From positions 220,162,001 through 220,226,000 of the forward strand of contig OZ024743.1 in assembly GCA_964016885.1 (NCBI GenBank): a DNA stretch of 64,000 bases. Reading direction: 5' to 3'. This document shows, piece after piece, positions 40,691-54,907 of the stretch. This stretch comes from Eledone cirrhosa. Its lineage: Eukaryota. How positions within the stretch are numbered: the first letter of the stretch is position 1; each line of letters opens with the position of its first letter. The notes under the pieces were generated by a model. It was not told where the DNA came from, ran no database searches, and was given only the letters and a program-made list of their open reading frames with translations. The position numbers and the translations under genes were made by a program.

Positions 40691-40841
40691 TGTATGTATG
40701 TACGTGTCTATGTATGTATGCATGCATGTATGTGTGTGTATGTATGCATGTATATATGTATGTATGTTTGTATGTATGTATGCATGGCGAGTGTGTGAAT
40801 GTATGTATGTATGTATGTATGTATGTATGTATGTATGTATG

Positions 40842-40872
<31 letters not shown>

Positions 40873-41496
40873 GCATCTATGTATGTATGTATGTATGTAT
40901 GTATGTATGTATGTATGTATGCATGCATGCATGCATGCATGCATGCATGCATGCATGCATGTTTTTTGTTTGGGAAATTCTCTTTGTTCATACCTTGAAT
41001 TTACCCGCCAACAGTTCGGCCAGCTTGACCGTCCTCGTTTGAGAAAGATCACAGGATGACACAGGCGAATCTACTACTACAAAGAACGTCTTGATGCCTC
41101 CAGATCAAACCACGTTGGATAATACGGAAGAAAGCCTACCGATGAAGGGACCTCCAGTTCCTCCGTGAAAATGCGCATATGACTTGGATATTCATTATGC
41201 AACTCGTGGTGCAGCTTCTATTTTCACGGAAACCTATCAAAGATTTTTATCGATTCCTGTCGATTCCAATCTACTCGGGATGGTGCACATTAGTCTTGAC
41301 TTTATTTCTATTTATCGTTGTTGTGGTATAAGTATGGCCACAGATTTTAGTCGCTTTTGTTGGTTTCACATTTCTTAACTTTTTGTTTACTCTAGACGAA
41401 AATGTATTAATTTTTCGGTCCGTTGAATGCTTTGTGACGCCTCAAACAATTCAATTAGTATCTGCTATATTGCGGCTACAACTTCGATTCATACCC

Positions 41497-41528
<32 letters not shown>

Positions 41529-41530
41529 CA

Positions 41531-41676
41531 CATAAGAAACATAGAATCAGTGGTGCGACGAATTAGAATTTATTAGACATATTACAATCGTGCCCCAAGT
41601 TGGTCGCCAGAGAAACGATTGTAATATATCTAATAAATTCTAATTCGTCGCACCACTGATTCTGTGTTTCTTATGT
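41531..41676 (+). repeat. Hairpin element (arms about 41531-41601 / 41625-41676 region) containing a hammerhead 3' half
   Basis: cataagaaacatagaatcagtggtgcgacgaattagaatttattagacatattacaatcg is the reverse complement of cgattgtaatatatctaataaattctaattcgtcgcaccactgattctgtgtttcttatg. The right arm begins GAAA cgattg TA. Confidence 0.75.
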
Positions 41677-41752
41677 TATATTATACTCTGCCCTGTAAGA
41701 GCATTGAGTGGTCAAACGGCCTACCGCATACGGACGCTTTAAGCATCCCACA

Positions 41753-41853
<101 letters not shown>

Positions 41854-42177
41854 AGTAACTGTGTGTGTATTGGCGTGAGTGTACTTAAAAATATTTTCCA
41901 GAGATATTGAAAGAGCGCGAGAGAAGAAAAAGAATTGACTCTCTTATCGAACCGGTACTTTATTTATCGACACCGAAAAGCAAAGTTGACCTCGGTGAGA
42001 TTTGAACTCAGAGTGCAAAGTGCTGTAATACATAACGGAAGCATTATATCTGGTGAATTAGCAGCATAGGTGGGGCACCATATGCTCTAATATTCTTTTA
42101 TTCTTTTACTGGCTACAGTCATTAGAGATAGACCGCGGTGGGTCAACCACGAGATTTACACGATCATTTTGACTTCT

Positions 42178-42286
<109 letters not shown>

Positions 42287-42682
42287 TATATATGGACGTA
42301 CTTATATGTGTTTCCTGTGCTGGTAGGTTTAGTCTTGCATCCAAATGTTGGTGTCTGTGATTTTAACAGTGTTTAACAGTGTTTAAGATAACTGTTTTAA
42401 AAAGGAAATTTGGTTATGGCTGTTATAGGGAAAAAGAAAGAGGAAAACCGAAAAGTGAAATAAGTCCCCCACCCACACACACACCTACCAGAAAAAAAAG
42501 CAAAAAAGCAAAATTAGAAAAAGAAAGCGATAAGATTTAAAACTGAAAAATATAATTTAGAGTAAAAATAGTTTACAAAACAAATTATCGCATTTATAAT
42601 ATAATTGTGAGGAAAGTGAGAATAAAAAAAACAAACCATTTCGCAAATATTTGTATCGTTTTAAGGTTTATTAAAACTAAAT

Positions 42683-42738
<56 letters not shown>

Positions 42739-42837
42739 CATATAGATAGAATATAAATACTCCAGGCAAATAAACGTGTCTATTCATTTGAGAACCAAAT
42801 TAAAGTCAATATATTTATTACAGTTTAGAACACAGAA

Positions 42838-42872
<35 letters not shown>

Positions 42873-42908
42873 TATATATATATATATATATGTGTGTGTA
42901 TGCGTATG

Positions 42909-42964
<56 letters not shown>

Positions 42965-43214
42965 TATCTTGTTTTATAATCATAGTACATTATTGTAGAA
43001 GGTGTGAACGCTTTTCATATAAGACAAACGGCGGCATTATATGTAATTACGTATTACCAGTCACGCCTACTTTTAATGTGAAGATAAAACACATTAGTGA
43101 AAACATATTTTAATGTTTAGTCGTTAGATAAACCTACACATACAATATATACAGTGTAGACAAACATACATTCACACATATCAATCAATATCTGCCACAT
43201 TCGCCGCACTCTGA

Positions 43215-43300
<86 letters not shown>

Positions 43301-43476
43301 ATATATATAGCATGTGGTTGGCTGTTGAGAGAAACGAGTACTCAATACCGAAGTAGAGTTTAAATATTCATTCATTTTATTAAGGCTAGGTAGTGTGTTT
43401 TGTTACTCTAGAGGTTTGCCTGTTTATTACAGTGAATATATATATATATATATATATATAAAATTTTAAGTTATCA

Positions 43477-43660
43477 ATAATTGTTTCTACTTTTGGCACA
43501 AGGCCAGCAATTACCCAGTACATTACTGGTACTTTATTTTATCGACCCGGTAAGGATGAAGGGCAAAGTTAACCTCGGCGGGATTTGAACTCAGATCGTA
43601 AAGGGACGTAACTATGCTGCAAAGCATGGCGTCCGACTCTCTACCGATACTGCCAATTCA
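43477..43660 (-). mobile_element. tRNA-derived SINE with target-site duplication atcaataat
   Basis: Family consensus with atcaataat on both sides. Confidence 0.88.
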
Positions 43661-43754
43661 CATCAATAATGTAGTGATAATATATCGTCACGTTAGAGAT
43701 GAACAGCGTACGTGTAGGTTTGCTCAACGAGTATAAATTATATTCCGTAGAAAA

Positions 43755-45122
43755 ATGGTCGCACATGCAATAGGGGCTAGTATCAAAACTACCCTAAAGG
43801 GCCACATATTTAAGTTCAACGAGAAGATCTACACCCAAAATGAGGGAGCAGCCATCGGCGTCAGCATAGCTGGTGATGTTGCCAACCTTTTCATGGTATG
43901 GTGGGAAAGGAGACTTAAAGATCTCCTTAATGAGAGCTCCATAGACCTCATCATGTACTCTAGTTATGTAGACGATATCAATATAGTTATAAGAACACCC
44001 CCACTAGAGAGCACTAACAAGTTTGATTTAGAACGTAGCACGATGGAAAGCATCCAGCAGATAGCTAATTCCATACACCAGAGTATAACTGTAACTATCG
44101 ACTTCCCTTCCAAACACCCTAACAATAGACTACCTGTATTAGACACAGAACTCTGGATTAACACTATAGACGAGAGAGCCCAAATTCTCCACTCACACTA
44201 TGCTAAACCCATGGCCTCCAAATACCTGATACTCAAAAACTCAGCAATGTCCAGTAGTGCTAAGTTTAATATTCTGATCGTAGATTTTGTACGAGTGATG
44301 AAGAATGTGTCCCGCATGTGCGACCCAACAGAAATGGAAAGACACATCCAACACTTCATCAACCGCATGCAGTTCTCTGGCTACAACCAAAGAGACAGAG
44401 TCAGAGTATACGAAGGAGCCATGGAGAAGTATAAGACCCTCATAGAACTGGACATGAAAGGAATTTGCCCATTATACAGGAGCAAATCATGGAATAGCTT
44501 AGATAGGGCTAGACATAAGATAGGGAAAGCCACCTCATGGTACGACAACCAGAGATACCAGAGTGTCATGTTTGTAGACGCTACCCCTGGAGGGAAATTA
44601 GCTAACCAGTGTAGAAAGGCCCTGAGAAAGACCCACTTAAAAATAAAGGTGGTAGAAAAGCCAGCAACCACCATAAAATCCCTGATCAGCAAAACCTACC
44701 CTTTTAAGAAAACCCACTGTACCAATAGGAAATGTATCATATGTAAGGTGAACCCCCGGATAAACTGTAAAACTAGAAACGTAGTCTATAGCATAAGATG
44801 TACAGAGGGTACTTGCAGAAACATGACAACAACATACATAGGTGAGACAGCTCGTAGCATAGGTGAAAGGATAGACCAACACTGGGGGGAACTAAAAGGA
44901 CGAAAAAACGGATCAGTACTATACGAACATGCTAGACAACAACATGACGGTAACATAGACAACATAGAAATTAGAATAATATCCAAACATAGAAATGACC
45001 CAGCAGATAGGCAAATCAGAGAGGCCAGTGAAATAGAAATTAGAAGACCAAGACTAAACAGAAAGAATGAATGGAATAACAACAACACCCAAACAAACAA
45101 CACTGACCTAAGAGAAGTATAA
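43755..45122 (+). mobile_element. 5'-truncated Penelope-like element, open 455-aa RT plus GIY-YIG fragment
   Basis: YTQNEGAAIG..VANLFM, YVDD, LPVLD, YAKPMAS, RMQFSGY and CTNRKCIIC..CKTRNVVYSIRC..C..YIGETARS..R..QH. Followed by (AAAT)n. Confidence 0.9.
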
Positions 45123-45679
45123 ATAAGTAAATAAAATAAAATAAAATAAATAAATAAATAAATAAATAAATACATACACAAGCACAATAACAACAAGCAC
45201 ATAAACACACACTAGTCACCCATCACACAGCAAACAAAACACTATACACACACGCAAACGCATGCGCAAAGAAGACAAAATAAAATAAACAAACAAGAAA
45301 ATAAATAAATACATATATAGACAGACTGAATAAAAATGGCGTAGACATACAATACAACAGGAGGAAAATATAGCACCACTGGCGATGTTGCAGATGTGCA
45401 ACGAAAGATTTATGATAAACTATATATATGTGTTTGTGTCTATATTGTAACTGTATTATTTTTGACCGTCGGTCAGTCAATGGCAACATTGAGGACCGAG
45501 TAAGTTAGATTACCGATATAAAAGACACAGAAGCGAGAAGCGAAAACCAACCAAACAGTGAGTGTGTTCTGTTATTAATTCTGGCAATATTACACAAATA
45601 TGACCCTCCCCAAGTATAACAATATTTGTTTCGACACACGATTTCATATAAAAAACCTCGCAAAACTAATTCATCGCCG

Positions 45680-45763
<84 letters not shown>

Positions 45764-46186
45764 GTGTGTGTGTGTGTGTTATAGAACACCATAAACAAAA
45801 ATACAGAATGACCACTGGGTAGATCCCGGTAAAGTGATCTAAATTTTCACAAGCATCTTAGCCTAAGGGTAGAGTATTAGTTAAACAACCTAAAACTAGA
45901 GGGTTCAACAAAAATTCGCCTTATTGCAGTTTCAGTACTAACCATCTCAATATATTACGGCAATACATTCTATCAGAGGGCTCGATCATCGGAGAGTGTT
46001 CTGATTATTATTATAAGAAAAGGATATATTAACCGGTTGCTGAACAGTATGTGCTCTCATTGAGCCAGCAATACTGCACGCATGCGTAGATCGACCAACA
46101 GTGTAAATATCTCTATTTTCGTTGCGCTCCCAGCTTTAGGTTTCTTAACTACTCCTCGAGTAAGATCGAAGACCCAAACCACTAAA

Positions 46187-46263
<77 letters not shown>

Positions 46264-46281
46264 GTTTGGTGCTCTGAAATG

Positions 46282-46770
46282 TATACATGAATGTATGTAT
46301 AGTATATTTGGCAATATACCGTATGTTTAATTAAAAACACTTTGAAGACCTTGCGCTATCGGTTTTAAAGTACTGACTATGTCACTTACTTCTTTTCGGC
46401 GAAAGAAGGGAGAGAAGCTAACAGTCTGTTTCAAACCTTCTTTAAAACTGATAGCGTATGGTCTTCAAAATGTTTTTAATTAAACCAATCCTAATACCTA
46501 ATTTTTGGTGGACCGGCAATCGCTCTGTATAATAAGCTCCTGGTTATTATTGGAATTCTATAAGAATCCAGCTTCTATAATTTTCAGCGAAAGCAAGGAG
46601 TGCGTGGTTCTGATGATCGCCAACAGCGTGAAACAGACTGTTAGCTTCTCTCCCTTCTTTCGCCGAAAAGAAGTAAGTGACATAGTCACTACTTTATAAC
46701 CGATAGCGTATAGTCTTCAAAGTGTTTTTAATTAAACATACGGTATATTGCCAAATATACTATACATACA

Positions 46771-46778
<8 letters not shown>
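46282..46778 (+). mobile_element. PLE terminal fragment with about 150-bp inverted repeats (46285-46433 / 46629-46778)
   Basis: The arms are reverse complements, a hammerhead overlaps the inner end of the right arm, and (TA)n lies nearby on both sides. Confidence 0.75.
46606..46646 (+). ncRNA. Minimal type-I hammerhead ribozyme
   Basis: gguu CUGAUGA ucgc caaca gcgu GAAA cag a cug UU^ agcu. Confidence 0.78.
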
Positions 46779-46867
<89 letters not shown>

Positions 46868-47008
46868 ATGTGTGTGTGTGTGTATGTGTATCCCGGGTTC
46901 AATCGGGGGTAACCACAGTAAGTAAGGTACTCAATACATAGTAGACTATATACAATATTCAATATTGAAATGGCTTCTACAGGACTAGAACTGATTCATT
47001 TTATATTA

Positions 47009-47163
<155 letters not shown>

Positions 47164-48234
47164 TGTGTGTGTATGTATGTGTGTATGTGTGTGTATAATA
47201 TATATATAATGAACTTTTTTCTTGAACAAAGTATTGCACATCAAAAACAATGTGAAAGCAACTGATAAGACATCCAGATGGTCAGGGTTGAATATAAATG
47301 ACTGATGCCACTTGGACACAGGCTGAGGCTTTATCATTCTTAGTGGAGTCACATGGATGAGGGTGCATGTTGTAAGACCTAAAACTCCCAGTAACTTCAG
47401 GATATAACACTCATGACGTGTCCAAAGTTTTGCATCTGTGGATATGTAAAGAACTTAAAACTAATTTATTGAGTATATCGCGTTGGAATCTTTTATGTTC
47501 CAGGCGTGGCTCAGGAATTTAATATTTGATCATTTGTCGCGGTTTCTGATGTATGTAGGTGTTGGATAAATCTGGTTGGGGGTGGCAATTTATTCAATCT
47601 GAGCCATATCAGAAGAGTGGATTTTAACTTCGTCAGAATAAACGTGGGGACATTTATAGTTGAGAACATAGTTATGTGGGTATTTACAGAAACAATATCT
47701 TTTGTTAGTGTTAGTATCTGGTAGTGTTCGGTATTCATTTAGTTAGTGTTAGTGTAAGGTACATAATTGGATAAGGTGGAGTAACGTGAAAGAAGTGCCT
47801 TTACATGTCTTTAAAAACAACGACAACAACAACAAAATACAGGGCTATAAAATATACAATATTTCTATGACAATAAGAGGCAAAGCGAAAAAATGTCTGA
47901 AATAAATAATATACAACCCTATAGTATATGTTACTAAGTTACTGTATGTACTTTTACTGATAGGCATCGTTTCAGGAAATTTATTACTCCACTATTATTG
48001 TTCAACCGCGGATCTGTTGATGCTTGTGGCGTATACACACACGCCCCCCCCCCCCCCACATATATATGTGTGTATGTGTGTGGTTTGTGTGTGTATATAT
48101 ATATATGTACATACACATAAAGTATATATATATATACAATATACTATATAATATATATATATATATACATTGTTCGAAGGAAAGTAGAGAATTATAGAAG
48201 ATATATATGATAATATATGTATATATATATGAGA

Positions 48235-48283
<49 letters not shown>

Positions 48284-48332
48284 TAGATAGATATGATATA
48301 CATGATAGCATATATATATATGTATACATATA

Positions 48333-48387
<55 letters not shown>

Positions 48388-49140
48388 ATATTTGGGGAGG
48401 GTCATATTTGCGTAATATTGCCAGAATTAATAACAGAACACACTCACTGTTTGGTTGGTTTTCGCTTCTCGCTGTCTTTTATATATATATATCTGCGATC
48501 TAACTTACTCGGTCCTCAATGTTGCCATTGACTGACCGGCGGTCAAAAATAATACAGATACAATATAGACAAACACATATATATATAGTTTACATAAATC
48601 TTTCGTTGCACATCTGCAACATCGTCAGTGGTGTTATATTCATTGTTCCTCCTGTTGTGTTGTATGTCTACGCCATTTTTTTTTTGTTATATATATATTC
48701 ACACAAACACACACACGCGCGCATGTATATAAATATATACAATGGAAGCCATTTATTGTGATTGCTTTGCTACGTAGCCTTTTAGATGATAATAGCCATC
48801 AGGCGTTCTCTATGATTATAATAAACGGCTTCTAATCGCTCTCGTTCTTTCTTTCTCTCTCACCACACACACGCGCACACACACACACACACAAACACGC
48901 ACACACACATATATACAATATTTGAACTCATATATAATTAAGAACACACACACATATATATGCATTTATCTGCATACATACCGACATGCATATATACATG
49001 CATTCATATATATCCATCCATCCATCCATCCATACATACATGCATACATACATGCATACATACATACGTACATACATACATGCATACATACATACATACG
49101 TACATACGTACATACATACATACATACATACATACATACA

Positions 49141-49174
<34 letters not shown>

Positions 49175-49288
49175 CAACACGATACGAAACAATGGTATCC
49201 CATATATAATGAAAAACCAACACAAACAACAAAATATATAATAAATATAAAATAATAATAATCTCATAAACCAATAATAATAATGATG

Positions 49289-49324
<36 letters not shown>

Positions 49325-49469
49325 TAAAATAATAACAATAATGATCTCATAAACTAATAGATAACTATAAAAATAAAAATAAAAAAGTAAAAAGAATGAA
49401 ATAAAATATAAAAGTGTTAAGAAAAATGAAAAAAAAATGTCGCCGCGCCGCAATGATAAAAAGTCAACC

Positions 49470-49544
49470 ATGATATGGGTTAGCTATTTATTTCTTGCTT
49501 GTACCTTCCATCTGTCAACCGTAGCGATTTGCTTACAGAAATAC
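49470..49544 (+). other. Weak candidate first coding exon (signal-peptide-like)
   Basis: caaccATG, 25 codons MIWVSYLFLACTFHLSTVAICLQKY, then a donor-like GTAAGC, in unique sequence. Confidence 0.25.
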
Positions 49545-49919
49545 GTAAGCGTCATCTATGGACGGAAGCGCAACTAAGAAACGCTGGTAGGTTCAACCAC
49601 GTCTATTTGTACTCGAGCATAAATGTTCCCACTGTGTAAACTCGACTGGATTTTTTTTCTGTCACAGAATTTGTTTTCTTGCTTTCATCATCATCGTAAA
49701 TCACTGTACAGTTCACTATTATACCGTATTGTATTATATATTGTATATTGTATGGTATTGTTATAGTACCGTCCGATTTTGTTTCTTAGTGTTATTTAGG
49801 TTGTCTTCTCTTTAATTTTTTCTTTTGCATTTAGGTAGATAAGGCGTGGTGGCTGATAATGATGCCTAAATGAAATAAAGGAGATGTTATCATCACCATT
49901 ATCATAAATATATTAATCA

Positions 49920-50435
49920 CTGGTAGATTAGCAGAATCAGTAGAGCATCGGACAACATGCTGTGAGGCATAGAGTTACGCCCCTTTACATTATGAGTTCA
50001 AATCTGCTTTGCCTTTCATCCTTACGAGGTCGATAAAATTAAGCACCAGTAATGCACTGGTGTCGATTTAATCGACTTTCCCCTTCCCTTCAAATTGCTG
50101 GCATTGTGCCAAAAGTAAAAACAATTATTATTATCTTTATTGGCGATGAATTGGCAGTATCGGTAGAGCGTCGGACAATATGCTTCGCGGCATAGAGTTA
50201 TGGCCCTTTAGGTCTGAGTTCAAATCCCGCCGAGGTTAGCTTTGCTTTTCATCCTCACCTGTAATGCACGGGTCAATTTGATCGACCCCTCCCCCATTGC
50301 TGGCCTTGTGCCTATAGTAGAAATCATCATCATCATCATTATTATTGGCTGAATGGGTAGAGTGTCGGACAAAAGTCGTTGTGGCATTTCTTCCGGCTCT
50401 ATCCTGTTAAGTTCAACTCCTGCCGAAGTCAACTT
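49920..50435 (+). mobile_element. Cluster of three tRNA-derived SINE copies or fragments (about 49920-50130, 50141-50325, 50345-50435)
   Basis: Repeated family motifs gtagagcgtcggacaa, gagttcaaatc and ggccttgtgcc. Confidence 0.8.
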
Positions 50436-50574
50436 TTTAAAAGAAGAAACAATTACTGTAATTACTATTGTTGTCATGAGCCCCTGTGACCAATAAAATA
50501 AATTATTATTTCTTCTGTCATGCAGTGTAAATGGGAAATGTACCAGAGTATTTAGTCATCTGTGAAGTCACAAC

Positions 50575-51185
50575 AAAGACCACAGACAGATAATGCTTTC
50601 CTTAAAATGTGCCTAGCAATGCTGATTTTTGTATGACACCAATCTTGTCTGATATTCCCACCGCTTTAAGAAGTCTTGAAGTTTCAATGGGATTGACCCT
50701 AATGCTCTAATCACAACTGGTATCACTTTCATATTACCTCCTTGCTTTTCATACAGTCTTCTCATCTCCACTTTCAATTAGACTACTTGTTTGTCTTTCT
50801 TGTTCAATACGACAATGTCCAGTCGGCGATGCTCAATTATTCTATCAATCTGAAAATCATAATCCCAAAATATCATTGCATTCCCATCCTCTTGCATTAC
50901 TTTACAAGGCACATGCTTATACAAGTTTTCTGTTACTTCGTATTGGAATTTACGACATAACAGTTAATGAAGGTACAAACAGACGTTATCATGGCGACGT
51001 TTGTATTTTTGCGCAAGGCTCTCACATCCACTTACCACGTGGATTAGATTTTCCACATTCTTTTTACAGAGAATACAATTCTGGGTGTCAGAGGATTTGT
51101 ACGTAAATGTTATACTTCGTCGAATTGCAGAAGCCTGTACTTGTGCTGCAATTATAAGGCTTTCAGTGGTATACTAGCAACCCAA
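50575..51185 (-). mobile_element. Old degenerate R4-like LINE 3' fragment
   Basis: Minus-strand remnants TESLIIAAQ, HVVSGCESLAQKYKRRHDNV, KVIPVVIRALGSIP and QKSALLG. Confidence 0.7.
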
Positions 51186-51275
51186 AATATTGTTATCGTT
51201 TCTAGAACTGTTTCGCTTTTAGTACTTTCACTTTTCTTAATGTAAATACATTTTCCTATTTTCTATTTTACTTGT

Positions 51276-51805
51276 ATTATATTAGCAATAAGAGTTACGG
51301 CCCTTGCCATTCTGAGTTCAAATCCCGCTTAGGTTAACTTTGCCTTTCATCCTTACTGGGTCGATAAAATAAAGTACCAGTAATGCACTGGAATAAATTG
51401 CTGGCCTTGTGCCAAAAGTAGAAACAATTATATTAGCAATAATAGTGAGTTCAATTATATTAGCAATAATAGTGAGTTCAAATCCCGCCGAGGTTAACTT
51501 TGCCTTTCATCCTTATGGGGTTGATAAAATAAAGTACCAGTAATACACTGGTTAATTGCTTGCCTTGTGCCAAAAGTAGAAACAATTATATTAGCAATAA
51601 AAAGGCGGTGGATTGGCAGTATCGGTAGAGGGTCGGACGCCATTTTTTGACGCATAGAGTTATGGCCCTTGCCATTCTTAGTTCAAATCCCGCTGAGGTT
51701 AACTTTGCCTTTCATCCTTACGGGGTCGATAAAATAAAGTACCAGTAATGCACTGGGTAATTGCTGGCCTTGTGCTAAAAGTACAAACAATTATATTAGC
51801 AATAA
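51276..51805 (+). mobile_element. Head-to-tail array of three SINE copies separated by the same 16-bp flank
   Basis: attatattagcaataa at about 51276, 51427, 51454, 51585 and 51790. SINE copies at about 51291-51430, 51472-51588 and 51603-51793. Confidence 0.88.
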
Positions 51806-51924
51806 AAAAAAATGATTTTGAATTATTTTATAAATTATTATTTTTCATCCCAGGCGGCATATGGATGATTATTTATTCGAAATTCTATATACAATATAAT
51901 ATAATATATATATATATATATATA

Positions 51925-52650
<726 letters not shown>

Positions 52651-54042
52651 AAAGCTTTGGACTATTAAAGAATACGAACTACCAGTAAAGTAATTCTTCT
52701 CTTTTTTTCGCCTAAAGGCGTAACTTGCCTATTTTGTTATGTTCCAATGTGAACTGGAATGAACAAAATCAACCTTAAAAACTCGAAACCGTAGGGATCT
52801 CTAGAGTTTGACTGAGGTGATGGGACTGTTCGTCTTTTTGTTGTTTTTCCCATTGTCTTTGTCCTTTGGAACACCTATTTTGAATTCATATTCTAAAGAC
52901 TTAGTCATGTGGGCTTTTTTTGAAACTATCATATAATAGACATCACATCACCTGGCCTGTTTTCCCCTATTCTCCCTTCTTACCTTTTCTACGCCTCAGT
53001 GTTCTTCTTATTTTTCTACACGTTTGACTACAGATCTTATTATTCTCTTCTGTTACTATTTCTCTCCTTTCTCTACTTTTTACTACTTTGGCTAAGACCA
53101 GGCGCACTCTATATTTATGTAATTTACCCAAGGACATAACTTGTCTGTAACTGTTTTGTTATGTCCGAAGGTGCACTGGAATGAACTTTATCAACTACAA
53201 TGCATCGAAACCATAGTGATTTCCAGAGGTTGACTGAGTAGAAAGGACTGTCCATCTTTCGTTGTTTGTCCCATTGCCTTTGTTCATATATTTTGAATAT
53301 GTATGTACGCATATATATATATACATATATGAGGGAGCTTATATATGTATGAGGGAGCTTATAGATAGGACAACACACGCTGTCTCTTCGTGGGGTAAGT
53401 TTTTAATTAATTTTTGTATTCTGAAACATCAAAATACAACAATTTGTTGGTTATTGGACTCGGGAATGTCACGACAGAAGTTTGTGGAAGTTACACAAAT
53501 ATTTTAGTATATTTTAGCAGAGCAATCCTTATTTATATTTTACATTTACTTACATCTCAATATAACATGGCTAGAATTCAAATTTTGCTAAGAGAAGAAA
53601 ACGGTCAAATGAACTAGATACATCTCACTGTCCACACCACCACAATAACGTCTACACTCTCTCCCCACCATCACATGTCATTACCATACCATACCCTATC
53701 GAGACTAAAGTCATCGACCTGTTGTCAAACTCTCTACTCTCTGATGAATGTATATATATATATGTGTGTGTATGTATATGTGTGTATATACATCACTCAG
53801 TCAAACAACCAGATTTCAACCCCAACATCTACAACAACAACAACACCGGCACTAATGTTTACAGCAACAACAGCTTCAGAATGAACTGAAATGAACATTT
53901 ACAACAATTACAACAACAACAACAACAGCGGCATCAAAACATAAAAAAAGGAAGGGAAAAGAAAAAAGAAAAAAGAAAAAGGGAAGGGGAAAAAAAAAAG
54001 GAGGAAAAAAAAGAAAGGAAAAAAAAAAAAACTCAAAATAAC

Positions 54043-54097
<55 letters not shown>

Positions 54098-54562
54098 CAG
54101 AACAACAACATCAACTGCCACCACCACCACCACCGCCACCGCCGTCGCCATCACCATCACCAGCGACCTTAAGAACAACTTTAATAATAATTTTTCTGCT
54201 TTTGGCACGGATCCAGCGACTGGCCAGCGCATCACTGGTACTCTCTTTTGTTGACTCCGTGGAGAGCCATAACTCTATGCTGTAAAGCAATTATAGTAAT
54301 ACTGGACTGTAATACGATCGGCTTCAACTATACAAACTCTTGAAAGTCAACAGTTGACATAATCTGGTAATCTTGTATCAGTAATGACGGTAATATATAT
54401 ATATATATATGTGTGTGTGTGCGTGTAAGTGAGTAGAGTAGCGTGTGTGTGTGTTTGTTGTGTGTGTGAGTGTTGCTGTGTGCACGCATATGTATGCGTG
54501 TGTGTGTATGTCGTACGTATAAGTGTCAATAAGTAATTTTTTTTTTTTTTTTTTTTTTTTTT

Positions 54563-54866
54563 TGCGCGGGAACATAGAAATAATCGGGCTGGATGCCCGA
54601 TCGCGCAGTTAAACCACTGGGAGTGAAGAACCCCTAGCCCATGTCAGGGTATTCTTCTAGGAGAAGGCATCTCAGGAAACTGGGTTAACTCCGATATAAA
54701 ACCTGCGGCTCAGTAGTTACCGATGATGTTGATCTTTTCTTCTTTTCGGGTTATAGCTACTGTCGCTCAGAGAGTGGGATTGGTTCAGTGCACAGTCTTT
54801 CCTCACTTTAAAAATATTCGTCACGCACAGGCATTGCACGAGTGCATTAATAATTATTAATAGTGT

Positions 54867-54907
<41 letters not shown>

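Noticed and set aside
41130-41190. ccgatga...gtgaaaatgcgcatatga hammerhead-like string
   Set aside because: Core mismatch, an extra A and weak helix I and II.
51276-51805. CRISPR-like repeat-spacer array
   Set aside because: The spacers are copies of one SINE, the context is eukaryotic and there are no cas genes.
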